Positions 35,106 through 44,490 of a stretch of 61,686 bases of DNA are shown piece after piece. The DNA comes from a bacterium. GTDB lineage: Bacteria; Sysuimicrobiota; Sysuimicrobiia; Sysuimicrobiales; Humicultoraceae. The stretch is from NCBI GenBank assembly GCA_030018905.1, contig JASEHJ010000001.1, forward strand, positions 1 through 61,686, read 5' to 3'. Each line of letters starts with the position of its first letter. The stretch's first letter is position 1. A model generated the notes under the pieces. The model worked only from the letters and a program-made list of their open reading frames with translations, ran no database searches and was not told the DNA's origin. The translations under genes were made by a program, and so were the position numbers.

Positions 35106-36583
35106 CGCACCCCTCTGTCGGGTTCCTGCTCGAGGATCTCGAGCAGGAACCGGTGCAGGTCCCGGACCGTGACCGGCCCAGGGGATGGGATCGCCACGGC
35201 GCCCGGCCTGTAGACGTAGAAACCCTCCGCGGCATGCTGCGCGGTCCGGTCCAGTGCCGCGGGCACGGCGGCGATCGCGGGATCTGCCAGCTCCAGCGGC
35301 ATGTCGTGCGCGGCATCCTCCCAGTGCACGACGATGTCGGGCAGCCACCCCGGAGGGCCGCCGCTTCCGGCGACCCGCAGGACATCCCGCACCACGGGCA
35401 TCCCGCCAACGGTTCTCAGCCCTCGCAGTAGCGCTTCGATCCGGTTGCAGGTCGCGTCGTATTCGCCGGGCTCGACGATGCCCACTACTTCCCGTCCGAT
35501 GAGGTTGAGCCGGATCCAGCCGTGTTGGTCGGTGGGGAGGGAGAAAGCCCGCGTGCAGGGCCAGTCGTAGGGGGGGAGTTTTCCGAACTGCGCGGCACCC
35601 ATCTCGAAGGCCCGTGGAGCCAGCCGGTGGTAGAGATCCTTCAACGGTCGCGGAAGAAGCCGCTTGGCCTCCCGGTATGCCTGGCGCGCCCGCTGCCCGG
35701 CGGACTGCGCCCGCCGCTCAGGCAGGGCAGACCAGCCGGTGGTCAGTAAGAGCGGTTCCAGGATCGTCGGGACACCGTGGCCCCGGCGCATCCCGTGGAG
35801 GGAGAAGACCACGATGGCGCATTCCGGGCCTGCGGCTAGGGCCAGCCGTGCGATCTGCCGGTCGATCTCGCGGCCGATCTCCAGCAACCCACCTCCGTCA
35901 CCAGCAGCCTCGTCTAGTGTGTGCCAGAGGTGGTGCGCGGCATGATGCATCTCTGGGAAAACCGCAATGAACAGGTCGGGGTCCGCACGTTCGACGAGCC
36001 ACAGCGCCAGAGAGCCACGCCGGCGCACGCCTTCCAGGCACGCCGATGCCATCCGCGCCAGGGTGCGATGATCCCCGGGCCCGGTAGGATGCGGCATCAC
36101 GGACGCAAACGGATGCGGTGGGTGCCCCCGGATCTCGGCGCACACCCACGGCGGGTGGGCGGCCATGCCCGCCAGCACGCGGTCGTGCGGCCCCCATTCC
36201 GCGACGCCGGCTACGCAGCCGTTCCTGTGCGCGGGGTCCATGGGAACGTCGAAGACGGCCACACGCGCCCCGCGCGTGTGGAGGGTTCGCCAGAACGGGT
36301 CGAGATGTTCCGTCGTGAGGGGCGTTACTGCCATCCGGCCGGGGTCCCACCGCCACTCGGAGCAGACCTCGTGATCGCGGGGATCGAGGCCGGTCATGAA
36401 GGTCGGCCAGACCGACCCGCTGCCGATCCGGGCGGTGGGAGAGGGCACCCTGCTCCAAACCGCTCCCCCTCCCAGCATCGCGGCCAGGAAGGGCAGGTGC
36501 CCAGCCTCTAGCCATCCCTGAATGAGCGAGGGTTCTGCGGCGTCAATGCCCAGCGCGAGCAGGCGCGGCCTAGAGGGGCTCAC
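35078..36583 (-). CDS. Alkaline-phosphatase-superfamily phosphohydrolase/phosphodiesterase (NPP-like, COG3379-type)
   Basis: RLLALGIDAAEPSLIQGWLEAGHLPFLAAML...SGSVWPTFMTGLDPRDHEV resembles the N-terminal metal-site region of this family. AGGAG lies 7 nt before GTG 36583; the track start is 36622. The 3' end overlaps the xerC 3' end by 28 nt, convergently. Confidence 0.55.
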   Translation of the reverse strand: MSPSRPRLLALGIDAAEPSLIQGWLEAGHLPFLAAMLGGGAVWSRVPSPTARIGSGSVWPTFMTGLDPRDHEVCSEWRWDPGRMAVTPLTTEHLDPFWRTLHTRGARVAVFDVPMDPAHRNGCVAGVAEWGPHDRVLAGMAAHPPWVCAEIRGHPPHPFASVMPHPTGPGDHRTLARMASACLEGVRRRGSLALWLVERADPDLFIAVFPEMHHAAHHLWHTLDEAAGDGGGLLEIGREIDRQIARLALAAGPECAIVVFSLHGMRRGHGVPTILEPLLLTTGWSALPERRAQSAGQRARQAYREAKRLLPRPLKDLYHRLAPRAFEMGAAQFGKLPPYDWPCTRAFSLPTDQHGWIRLNLIGREVVGIVEPGEYDATCNRIEALLRGLRTVGGMPVVRDVLRVAGSGGPPGWLPDIVVHWEDAAHDMPLELADPAIAAVPAALDRTAQHAAEGFYVYRPGAVAIPSPGPVTVRDLHRFLLEILEQEPDRGVRHALGCADA

Positions 36584-37604
36584 GCAGCAGCTCCTGCGGG
36601 TTGATCCGGCGTCCCTCTTCACAGGAGCGGGCGCACGCCTCCAGGACTGCCACCGTGCCCAGGTTGTCCCTGCCGCTGCAATCGGGTTCCGCTCCTCCGC
36701 GCACCGCCCGCTCGAGATCTTGGAGGAGGACCACCTCGGGCACCTGGCGGGGCAGGCACCGGATCCGGCGGGGCCACCTGCCCCGCTCTAGGAAGAAGAG
36801 CCAGTGGAACCACATGTGCAGCGTGCCGCGTTCTCCGAACACTCTCAGGTAGGTCTCCTGCCCTTCCATGAAGACCCGGGAGCGCCGCAGAAACTCCACG
36901 CCTCGCGAGTCATACGAGGTCATGTATGCGACCTGTACGCCACCCTCGAGGGTCAGGAGCGCGTGAAGCGAGGCACCGCGGGTTGCTTCGCTCCACGGGA
37001 GGGAGAACGTCTCAGCGGTCACGCCGACTATCTCCCGCCCGAACATCCAGCGCACCAGGTCCACGTGGTGGACGGCGAACTCCCACAGGACGCTGTTGGG
37101 GAAGGCGGGTAGCGAGCGCGCCGGGCCCATCCACGGACGGTAGGCCTGGAAGACCACGCTGCCGACCTCACCCAGGCGGCCGCTGCGGACAAGATGGCGA
37201 ACCGTGCGGGGTTGCCGCATGTACCGGTAGTTCTGGCCCACCATCAGGGGAACTCCCTGCTCCTCGGCCAGGGCGACCAAGCGTCGGGCGTCGCGGAGAG
37301 AGGTTGCGAACGGCTTCTCGACCAGGACGGCTACCCGTCGCCGCAGCGCCTGCTGGCACGGCTCGACGTGCCGATCCAGAGAGGTTGCCACGATCACGGC
37401 GTCTGCACGGGTGCGATCCAGGGTTTCCTCCACGGTTGTGAAGCAGTTCCCGGGAGAGACCCCGGCCCTTGCTGCCCCTTCACTGAGGACACGCTCGTCA
37501 ACCTCGGCGCAGCCTGCCAGTTCGATCCCCGGTGTCTCCCGGATGTACCGGATCCACTCCCGGCCCCGCGTGCCCATCCCGGCAACGATCACGCGAAACG
37601 CCAT
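36570..37604 (-). CDS. Gfo/Idh/MocA-family NAD(P)-dependent oxidoreductase
   Basis: FRVIVAGMGTRGREW Rossmann N-terminus, and VLVEKPFATSLRDARRLV with the EKP motif. ATG 37604; the track start 37811 over-extends into the GT2 gene. Confidence 0.8.
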   Translation of the reverse strand: MAFRVIVAGMGTRGREWIRYIRETPGIELAGCAEVDERVLSEGAARAGVSPGNCFTTVEETLDRTRADAVIVATSLDRHVEPCQQALRRRVAVLVEKPFATSLRDARRLVALAEEQGVPLMVGQNYRYMRQPRTVRHLVRSGRLGEVGSVVFQAYRPWMGPARSLPAFPNSVLWEFAVHHVDLVRWMFGREIVGVTAETFSLPWSEATRGASLHALLTLEGGVQVAYMTSYDSRGVEFLRRSRVFMEGQETYLRVFGERGTLHMWFHWLFFLERGRWPRRIRCLPRQVPEVVLLQDLERAVRGGAEPDCSGRDNLGTVAVLEACARSCEEGRRINPQELLREPL

Positions 37605-38602
37605 TCCGCCGTCGCCCCCTTCCCCAGTGGAAGCCGCAACCCGGCCAGCGCGTCCAGGACCCGGATGTGAGCCCGCAGCGCCGCGCGCAGACTCCGCGGG
37701 TGGGCTTCTCCCCAGAGTGCCAGGACGAGCACTGCCCCTGCCCTCAGATTCAGCGGCCACCGCCGCATGCGGGGAATCTGACCCACAATCCCCGGCCGCA
37801 GCCCTGCCCACAGCCGCCGCGCACCCATGGCGTACAGATAGTATGGATCCAGAGCACCGTCATCCAGGTTGCCCGCGCGGTCCAGAAGGGCATCGTAGCC
37901 CAGGCGCGCCCGTCGAGCCGCCAGGCACCTGCGCATCAGATCGAGCGCTTTCCGAAGCTCGCCCTGGTCCGAGCGGAGGACAGATCCTTCCATGTGCAGC
38001 CGGTAGTGGTACAGGAGATCCAGGAGAACCACCACCGGTCCCAGATCGGACATCCGGATGTACAGGTCCAGATCCTCCCAGTGCTCGCAGGCCTCCCGAT
38101 ATCCGCCGGCCCGCCAGAAGGCCTCCCGTCGGAAGGCGATCGAGCCGTGCATGAAAGGCGCAAACGGTGACCGCCGGAGCACGCGCCAGCGGTCTACCGG
38201 ACGGATGGGGCCGCCCGCGGCGTCTATGCCGTCCCAGAGGGTTCCGATGAGGCAGACCTCCGGCCGCGAGTTCAGCAACGACACCTGCCGCCGCAGCCGG
38301 TCCGGATCGGAGACATCGTCGGCATCCATCCTGGCACAGAGGGGAGCGCGCGCTTCCGTTACCAGGCGATTGCCGCCCCCGGCGCAGCCCAGGCGCGCAT
38401 TGCTGCGTGCCAGCCGGATGCGGGGGTCACGCCGCGCCCAGTCCGCGAGCATGTCGGGCGTGCCGTCGGTGGACGCGTCGTCGAGGATCACGAACTCGAA
38501 ATCCTGGAACGTCTGGTCGAGGATGCTGCGCACGCCCGCGTCGAGGAATCGCTCACCGTTGCGAACGGGCATCACCACGGACACCGGCGGGGCGTTATAC
38601 AT
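37589..38602 (-). CDS. Glycosyltransferase family 2
   Basis: VSVVMPVRNGERFLDAGVRSILDQTFQDFEFVILDDASTDGT, and a downstream DADD (DxD) motif. Confidence 0.85.
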   Translation of the reverse strand: MYNAPPVSVVMPVRNGERFLDAGVRSILDQTFQDFEFVILDDASTDGTPDMLADWARRDPRIRLARSNARLGCAGGGNRLVTEARAPLCARMDADDVSDPDRLRRQVSLLNSRPEVCLIGTLWDGIDAAGGPIRPVDRWRVLRRSPFAPFMHGSIAFRREAFWRAGGYREACEHWEDLDLYIRMSDLGPVVVLLDLLYHYRLHMEGSVLRSDQGELRKALDLMRRCLAARRARLGYDALLDRAGNLDDGALDPYYLYAMGARRLWAGLRPGIVGQIPRMRRWPLNLRAGAVLVLALWGEAHPRSLRAALRAHIRVLDALAGLRLPLGKGATAEWRFA

Positions 38603-38696
38603 CCTATCCTCAGGAGGTGGTCAGAGCCGAACGCGCGAGGGGTTCGCCACCTTGCCCCCCGCAACCTGCCTGGGGTTTTCGCGAGGTGCCGCGGCG

Positions 38697-38705
38697 TGCT
38701 ATACT
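38697..38705 (+). promoter_or_regulatory. Candidate extended -10 promoter of rpsB-tsf, flanked by direct CCGCGGCG repeats
   Basis: TGCTATACT at 38697-38705. CCGCGGCG occurs at 38689-38696 and 38707-38714. It lies about 150 nt upstream of the rpsB start. Confidence 0.45.
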
Positions 38706-38855
38706 ACCGCGGCGTCAAACTTCACACGCTTCCCGACCCGCCGAGGGTGCCTCTTGAGGCCTCGGCCCAGCCTGCGGGGATGAGGGGAGCGGAGGCGAGA
38801 AACGAAAAACCATGAGGGAATCCGGCGGGCTCCGGGTCCCAGGGGAGGTTGTCGG

Positions 38856-39677
38856 TTGCCAGTAGTCACCATGAAGCAGTTGTTGGAATCGGGGGTTCAC
38901 TTTGGGCACCAGACCCGCAGGTGGAATCCCAAGATGCGCCGTTTCATCTTTACCGAACGCAATGGCATCCACATCATCGATCTCCAGAAGAGCGTGCCCT
39001 TGATCGAGGAAGCCTACCGGTTCGTGCGCGAAGCGGCCGCATCCGGAGGCGACGTGCTCTTCGTCGGCACGAAGAAGCAGGCCCAGGATGCGATCCGCGA
39101 GGAAGCCGTGCGCGCCGGCCAGCCCTATGTGAACCAGCGGTGGCTGGGTGGCATGTTGACGAACTTCCAAACGATCCGGAAGCGCGTCGAGCGGTTGCGC
39201 GAGATCGAGGACATGCGCCAGCGCGGCGTGATGGACGTGCTGCCCAAGCGTGAGCAGAGTCGCCTCACCGAGGAGGCTGCACGGCTGGAGAAGTTCCTCG
39301 GCGGCATCAAGACCATGAACCGCCTGCCTGCGGCCGTCTACGTCGTGGACACGCGCCAGGAGCACATCTCGGTGGCCGAGGCGCGCAAGCTCGGAATCCC
39401 CGTGGTGGCGATCCTCGACACCAACTGCGATCCCGACGAGGTGGACTACGCGATTCCGGGCAACGACGACGCGATCCGGGCCGTGCGGCTGATTACCAGC
39501 CGCGTGGCGAATGCCTGCCTGGAGGGCATTGAGGAGCGCCACAAGCGCGAGGTGCAGGAGGAAGAAATCGAGGCAGGCCCCGTCGCCGAGGAAGACGAGA
39601 TGGCTGAGGGCGTGCCACAGGTGGGGGAGCACGAGTTCTTGGGCACGGTTCCTGAGGTCGAGGGGGCGAGAGGGTAG
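38856..39677 (+). CDS. rpsB: 30S ribosomal protein S2
   Basis: [27 protein letters not shown] is canonical. TTG start at 38856 is preceded by GGGGAGG. Confidence 0.95.
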   Translation: MPVVTMKQLLESGVHFGHQTRRWNPKMRRFIFTERNGIHIIDLQKSVPLIEEAYRFVREAAASGGDVLFVGTKKQAQDAIREEAVRAGQPYVNQRWLGGMLTNFQTIRKRVERLREIEDMRQRGVMDVLPKREQSRLTEEAARLEKFLGGIKTMNRLPAAVYVVDTRQEHISVAEARKLGIPVVAILDTNCDPDEVDYAIPGNDDAIRAVRLITSRVANACLEGIEERHKREVQEEEIEAGPVAEEDEMAEGVPQVGEHEFLGTVPEVEGARG

Positions 39678-39680
39678 CCG

Positions 39681-40256
39681 ATGGCAGTGACGACCGAGAT
39701 GGTGAAGGAGCTCCGCTCGCGCACCGGGGCAGGTGTCATGGACTGCAGGCGCGCGCTGGAGGAGACCGGGGGGGACCTGGACGCCGCCACGGGCCTGCTG
39801 CGCGCCAAAGGGCTGGCGGCCGTTGCCAAGCGGGCCGGCCGCGCAACCTCCGAGGGCGTGATTGAGACCTACGTGCATGCCGGAAGCCGCCTTGGCGCGA
39901 TGGTGGAGCTCAACTGCGAAACCGACTTTGTGGCCCGCACCGACGAGTTCCGGGCCATGGCGCGCGAGCTCGCCATGCAGGTGGCCGCCGCGGCTCCGCG
40001 CTTCGTGTCCAAGGAAGAGGTTCCAGCCGATCTGGTAGCGGAGCGGCGCGCCGCCATCGCCGTCGAGTCGCCCGGTCTCTCCGACGCCGAACTCGACAGG
40101 CGCGTAGGCCAGTGGCTCGAGGAGGTTGTACTCCTGGAGCAGCCCTACATCCGCGACGCAGGGCGGCGCGTCCGCGAGCTGATCACCGATGCCGCAGCGC
40201 GCGTGGGCGAGAACGTGGCGGTACGGCGGCTCGCCCGGTTCAAGCTGGGGGAGTAG
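39681..40256 (+). CDS. tsf: Elongation factor Ts (short form)
   Basis: MAVTTEMVKELRSRTGAGVMDCRRALEETGGDLDAA UBA-like N-terminus. 191 aa. Confidence 0.95.
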   Translation: MAVTTEMVKELRSRTGAGVMDCRRALEETGGDLDAATGLLRAKGLAAVAKRAGRATSEGVIETYVHAGSRLGAMVELNCETDFVARTDEFRAMARELAMQVAAAAPRFVSKEEVPADLVAERRAAIAVESPGLSDAELDRRVGQWLEEVVLLEQPYIRDAGRRVRELITDAAARVGENVAVRRLARFKLGE

Positions 40257-40283
40257 AGCAGAGACGCCCCTTTGGGGGAGACC

Positions 40284-41036
40284 ATGGACGCCACAACCGA
40301 ACCAGCAAGGCGGCCTGCCTATCGCCGGGTCCTGCTCAAGCTCAGCGGCGAGGCGCTGGCCGGCAATGGAGGCATCGGGTTCGATCCCGATGTCCTCCAG
40401 TTGGTCGCCAGCGAGGTTCGCGACATCACATCCCGCGGCGTTCAGGTGGCGATAGTGGTCGGTGGCGGCAACATCGTCCGCGGTTCCGACCTGAGCCGTC
40501 GCCTCGGCATCGAGGAAGTGACGGGGCACACCATGGGCATGCTGGCCACCGTGATCAACGGGCTGGCCCTCATGGACGCCATGGAGCGGATTGGGTTGGT
40601 GGTGCGGGTGCTCTCGTCCATCGAGATGCACCAGGTAGCAGAGCCCTACATCCGACGGAGGGCGCTGCGCCACCTCGAGAAGGGCCGCGTCGTCATCTTC
40701 GTGGGCGGTACCGGCAGCCCGTACTTCAGCACCGACACCGCGGCTGCGCTCCGCGCGATCGAGATGCAAGCCGACGCGGTGCTGATGGCCAAGAAGGGCG
40801 TATCGGGCGTCTACGACAAGGACCCGCGTCAGCACCCCGATGCCGTGATGTTCTCTCACCTGGACTACATGGACATCCTGAACCGCGACCTGCGCGTCAT
40901 GGACGCCACGGCCGCCGCTCTCTGCAAGGACAACAAGATGGACATCGTTGTCTTTGACGTCACGCGGCCCGGCAACATCCCGCGGGCCGTGGCCGGGGAT
41001 CCCATCGGAACCCTTGTGGGGGGAGGCCGGGCATGA
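40284..41036 (+). CDS. pyrH: UMP kinase
   Basis: YRRVLLKLSGEAL, VVGGGNIVRG, and FTTDTAAALRA-like (YFSTDTAAALRAIE) motifs. GGGGGAG precedes ATG 40284; the track TTG is at 40272. Confidence 0.95.
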   Translation: MDATTEPARRPAYRRVLLKLSGEALAGNGGIGFDPDVLQLVASEVRDITSRGVQVAIVVGGGNIVRGSDLSRRLGIEEVTGHTMGMLATVINGLALMDAMERIGLVVRVLSSIEMHQVAEPYIRRRALRHLEKGRVVIFVGGTGSPYFSTDTAAALRAIEMQADAVLMAKKGVSGVYDKDPRQHPDAVMFSHLDYMDILNRDLRVMDATAAALCKDNKMDIVVFDVTRPGNIPRAVAGDPIGTLVGGGRA

Positions 41037-41590
41037 CCGACGAGGTGTTCAGCGACGCCAAGTTGCGAATGCAGAAGACCGTTGAGGCGACGCGCAGGGA
41101 GTTCGCCAGCCTCCGCACCGGAAGAGCGAACTCCGCCCTGCTCGACCAGATCCGCGTGGACTACTACCAGACACCCACGCCCATCAACCAGCTCGCCACG
41201 ATATCGGTCCCTGAAGCCCGGCTGCTTGTAATCCAGCCTTGGGACAAGGGCGTGACGCGCGACATCGAACGGGCGATTCTCAAGAGTGACCTGGGACTCG
41301 TCCCGAGCACCGATGGGGTCGTGATTCGCATCCCTATACCCTCGCTGACCGAGGAGCGCCGGAAGGACCTGGCGAAGATCGCGCGCAAGCACGCCGAGGA
41401 AGGCCGCGTGGCCGTCAGGAACATCCGTCGCGAGGCCAAGGAGATGCTCGAGCAGTTCAAGGACGACGGCGACATCCCCGAGGACGAATACCACCGAGGC
41501 CTCGAACGGCTCCAGCATTTGACCGACGAGACGATCGCCCAACTCGATCGCCTGCTCCAGGCCAAGGAGCAGGAGATCATGGAGGTCTAG
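41033..41590 (+). CDS. frr: Ribosome recycling factor
   Basis: 185 aa, with RTGRANSALLDQIRVDYYQTPTPINQLA and IPIPSLTEERRKDL motifs. ATGA overlap with pyrH. Confidence 0.95.
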   Translation: MTDEVFSDAKLRMQKTVEATRREFASLRTGRANSALLDQIRVDYYQTPTPINQLATISVPEARLLVIQPWDKGVTRDIERAILKSDLGLVPSTDGVVIRIPIPSLTEERRKDLAKIARKHAEEGRVAVRNIRREAKEMLEQFKDDGDIPEDEYHRGLERLQHLTDETIAQLDRLLQAKEQEIMEV

Positions 41591-41600
41591 GCCGACGCCC

Positions 41601-41816
41601 GTGGTTGACGTGCTGGGGCTCGGTCTCGACCAGGCCCGCTCTGCCCTGGAGGCAGAGGGTTTCGCTGTTGAGGTAACCGAGACCCGCAGCCCACGCCGAG
41701 TAACGCTAACCGGCGCTTTGCGCGTCGTGCGGCAGCAGCAACTGCCCGACCATCTAGTCCGCCTGGTGGTGGCGCACGAGCGCTTCGCGCCCGCGCCGAG
41801 GCCGCCGGGTGGCTAG
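41601..41816 (+). CDS. Small (71 aa) hypothetical protein with PASTA-like sequence pattern
   Basis: VDVLGLGLDQARSALEAEGFAVEVTE...LRVVRQQ...VRLVV resembles a single PASTA-type alpha/beta unit. GTG start 10 nt after frr, and 8-nt overlap with uppS. Coding status is inferred from placement only. Confidence 0.4.
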   Translation: MVDVLGLGLDQARSALEAEGFAVEVTETRSPRRVTLTGALRVVRQQQLPDHLVRLVVAHERFAPAPRPPGG

Positions 41817-42561
41817 CCGGAACTCACCGCCGTCTCCGGCGCCGTTGGATCCCCTGCGCGTTCCCTCCCACGTCGCCATCATCATGGACGGCAACGGCCG
41901 CTGGGCCAGTTCCAGAGGGCTGCCCCGCTTCGCCGGCCACCGGGCTGGGGTGGGGGCGATCCGCCGGGCCATCGCGAGCTGCCGTGATCTGGGCATTCGC
42001 ATCCTCACGCTGTACGCCTTCTCCACCGAGAACTGGCGCCGCTCCACCGATGAGGTGGGCATGCTGATGGGTCTGCTCCACGAGCGGCTCGTGGCGGAAG
42101 CCGAGGAACTGCAGCGGAGCGGCATCCGCGTGCGGATCTTCGGTGATCTGGGAGCGATCGCGCCCGAGACCCGCGCCCAGATCGAGCGGGTAGAGAGTAT
42201 GACGGTAGAAGGCCACGCGCTGCTGCTCAACATCGCGTTCAACTACGGCGGCCGGGATGAGATCGCGCGGGCGGCACGAACTCTCGCTGCCCGTGTAAGG
42301 GACGGGCAGTTCGAGGTGGAGCAGATCTCCGAGCCGGCCCTGGCCGAATGCCTGTACACCGCCGGCCTGCCCGATCCCGATCTGCTGATACGGACGGGCG
42401 GCGAGCAAAGGCTATCGAACTTCCTGCTGTGGCAGGCAGCCTACGCGGAGCTGCTCTTCCTGGACGTCTACTGGCCGGACTTCGATCGCCACCACCTCGT
42501 CGCGGCGGTCGACGAGTACCAGAGGCGGCAGCGACGATTTGGCGGTGCCACCAGTGCCTGA
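41809..42561 (+). CDS. uppS: Isoprenyl transferase (undecaprenyl-diphosphate synthase)
   Basis: HVAIIMDGNGRWA, FSTENWRR, and RTGGEQRLSNFLLWQAAYAEL motifs. Confidence 0.95.
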   Translation: MASRNSPPSPAPLDPLRVPSHVAIIMDGNGRWASSRGLPRFAGHRAGVGAIRRAIASCRDLGIRILTLYAFSTENWRRSTDEVGMLMGLLHERLVAEAEELQRSGIRVRIFGDLGAIAPETRAQIERVESMTVEGHALLLNIAFNYGGRDEIARAARTLAARVRDGQFEVEQISEPALAECLYTAGLPDPDLLIRTGGEQRLSNFLLWQAAYAELLFLDVYWPDFDRHHLVAAVDEYQRRQRRFGGATSA

Positions 42562-42565
42562 CCGG

Positions 42566-43345
42566 GTGCTGGCACGGCGCGTTGCCACGGCCGTCGTGGG
42601 CGCGCCGGTGCTGATCGCCGCCATCTGGTTCGGGGGCTGGGCGCTGCTGGCCGTCGTGCTGCTCCTCTCCGCGGTCGGTGCGGTCGAGTACCATCGCCTG
42701 GCCGCCTCAGCCGGATACCGCGCCTCCGCGGTGGTGCTTGCGGGTACGCTGCTCTTCCCGCTCCTGGCGGCAGCGGGCCGGTGGACCGACGCGGGCGCAC
42801 TGGCGGCTGGGCTTGTTCTGGCGGCCGCGGCGGCTTCGCTCGTCTCCCCGCATCGGGTCGCCGCGCCAAAGAATTCCGCCGCCACCACGTTGGGAGTGTT
42901 CTATGTCGGCGCTCTGTTCGCTCACCTGATCCTGATGCGCGGCGCCCTCGGCCCGGCGGTGACGCTGGCAGTTGTGGGGCTGATCTGGGCCAACGACACA
43001 GCGGCGTACTTCGCCGGACGCGCCTGGGGTCGCCGCAAACTGGCCCCTGCGATCAGTCCGGGAAAGAGCGTTGAAGGATTCCTTGCCGGGATCGCGGCCG
43101 CGGTGGTGGCCGCGGCCGCTCTGGCCTTCCTGATGGACTGGCCCCTAGGATCGCTGGCCGGCATCGGTCTGGGCGTCGCTCTGGCCGCGGTGGCGGGAGA
43201 TCTGTGGGAGTCGGTTCTCAAGCGGAGGGCCGGCGTCAAGGACTCGGGCGCGCTGCTCCCGGGCCACGGCGGCGTGCTGGACCGGTTCGACGCGGTGCTG
43301 TTCGGCGTGCCTGCCGGGTATTACCTGTGGAGATGGCTGCTGTGA
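42566..43345 (+). CDS. cdsA: Phosphatidate cytidylyltransferase
   Basis: Polytopic membrane protein with the C-terminal signature SVLKRRAGVKDSGALLPGHGGVLDRFD. GTG 42566 just after the uppS stop gives a typical N-terminus; the track start is 42539. Confidence 0.9.
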   Translation: MLARRVATAVVGAPVLIAAIWFGGWALLAVVLLLSAVGAVEYHRLAASAGYRASAVVLAGTLLFPLLAAAGRWTDAGALAAGLVLAAAAASLVSPHRVAAPKNSAATTLGVFYVGALFAHLILMRGALGPAVTLAVVGLIWANDTAAYFAGRAWGRRKLAPAISPGKSVEGFLAGIAAAVVAAAALAFLMDWPLGSLAGIGLGVALAAVAGDLWESVLKRRAGVKDSGALLPGHGGVLDRFDAVLFGVPAGYYLWRWLL

Positions 43346-44490
43346 CGCGGTTGGTGATTCTGGGTTCAACCGGGAGCATAGGCCGGGCGGCCCTCGAGGT
43401 CGCATCCGCGCTCGGCGACGTGGAGGTGATTGGGCTGGCGGCGCGCCGCGAAGGCGAGGCGCTGGCAGCTCAGGCGCAGCGGTGGCGCCCGCGCGCGGTT
43501 GCGATCGAGGACGCAGCGGCTGCAGAGCGGCTGCGGGGAATTCTGCCACCCGGCACTAAGCTGCTGACCGGGCCGGACGCCGCGACCGAACTGGCCGCGC
43601 TCCCCGAGGCAGAGATGGTGCTGGTGGCCGTGGTCGGCGTAGCAGGGCTGCGTCCCACGCTGGCGGCCCTGGATGCCGGGCACGACGTGGCGCTGGCCAA
43701 CAAGGAAACGTTGGTGGCGGGTGGTCATCTGGTCAAAGCCGCCCGCGAGCGCACCGGCGCCAGACTGCTCCCGGTGGACAGCGAGCACAGCGCGGTGTTT
43801 CAGTGTCTGGCCGGGGAGGATTCCGCTACGGTGCGGCGGTTGATACTCACTGCTTCGGGCGGGCCGTTCCTACGCAGGCCCGTGGCCGAACTCAGCTCCG
43901 TGACAGTGGAGGAGACGCTGGCTCACCCGACCTGGAACATGGGCCGGAAGGTCACGGTTGATTCCGCGACCCTCATGAACAAAGGGCTGGAGATCATAGA
44001 GGCGCACTGGCTGTTCGAGGTTCCCCAGGACCAGATCGAGGTCTTGATCCATCCCCAGAGTCTGGTGCACTCCATGGTGGAGTTTGCGGACGGCTCGACC
44101 ATCGCACAGGTTGCGCGCCCAGACATGCGGGGGCCGATCCAACACGCCCTGTCCAGAGGCCGCCGCCGCCCGGGTCTGGTGGCGCCGATGGAATGGGACC
44201 GGCTGGTCTTGACGTTTGAACGTCCAGAGCCGGAGCGCTTTCCCGGGCTCTTGCTGGCACGGGAGGCGCTGCGCCTGGGTGGAACGGCGCCGGTTGTTTT
44301 GAACGCCGCCAACGAGGTCGCGGTGGATCGGTTCCTCTCCGGTGCGATATGCTTTACCGGGATAGCCGCGACCGTGGCCGAGGTGCTGGCCCGGCATGAG
44401 CCGCGTCCTGCCCCGACGCTCGGTGCGGTGTTGGAGGCAGATGCCTGGGCCAGGGCCCGGGCGTCCGAGATGATTCAGCCCACGGGGTGA
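43333..44490 (+). CDS. dxr: 1-deoxy-D-xylulose 5-phosphate reductoisomerase
   Basis: LVILGSTGSIGRAAL, LANKETLV, and the PVDSEHSAVFQCL motif. ATG 43333; the track start 43204 lies inside cdsA. Confidence 0.95.
   Translation: MAAVTRLVILGSTGSIGRAALEVASALGDVEVIGLAARREGEALAAQAQRWRPRAVAIEDAAAAERLRGILPPGTKLLTGPDAATELAALPEAEMVLVAVVGVAGLRPTLAALDAGHDVALANKETLVAGGHLVKAARERTGARLLPVDSEHSAVFQCLAGEDSATVRRLILTASGGPFLRRPVAELSSVTVEETLAHPTWNMGRKVTVDSATLMNKGLEIIEAHWLFEVPQDQIEVLIHPQSLVHSMVEFADGSTIAQVARPDMRGPIQHALSRGRRRPGLVAPMEWDRLVLTFERPEPERFPGLLLAREALRLGGTAPVVLNAANEVAVDRFLSGAICFTGIAATVAEVLARHEPRPAPTLGAVLEADAWARARASEMIQPTG

Noticed and set aside
38715-40859. A 714-aa ORF antisense to rpsB-tsf-pyrH
   Set aside because: It lies entirely opposite three textbook-conserved genes. 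Its translation is Arg/Gly/His/Ala-rich with no recognisable motifs. Long antisense ORFs are expected in GC-rich DNA because stop codons are rare.
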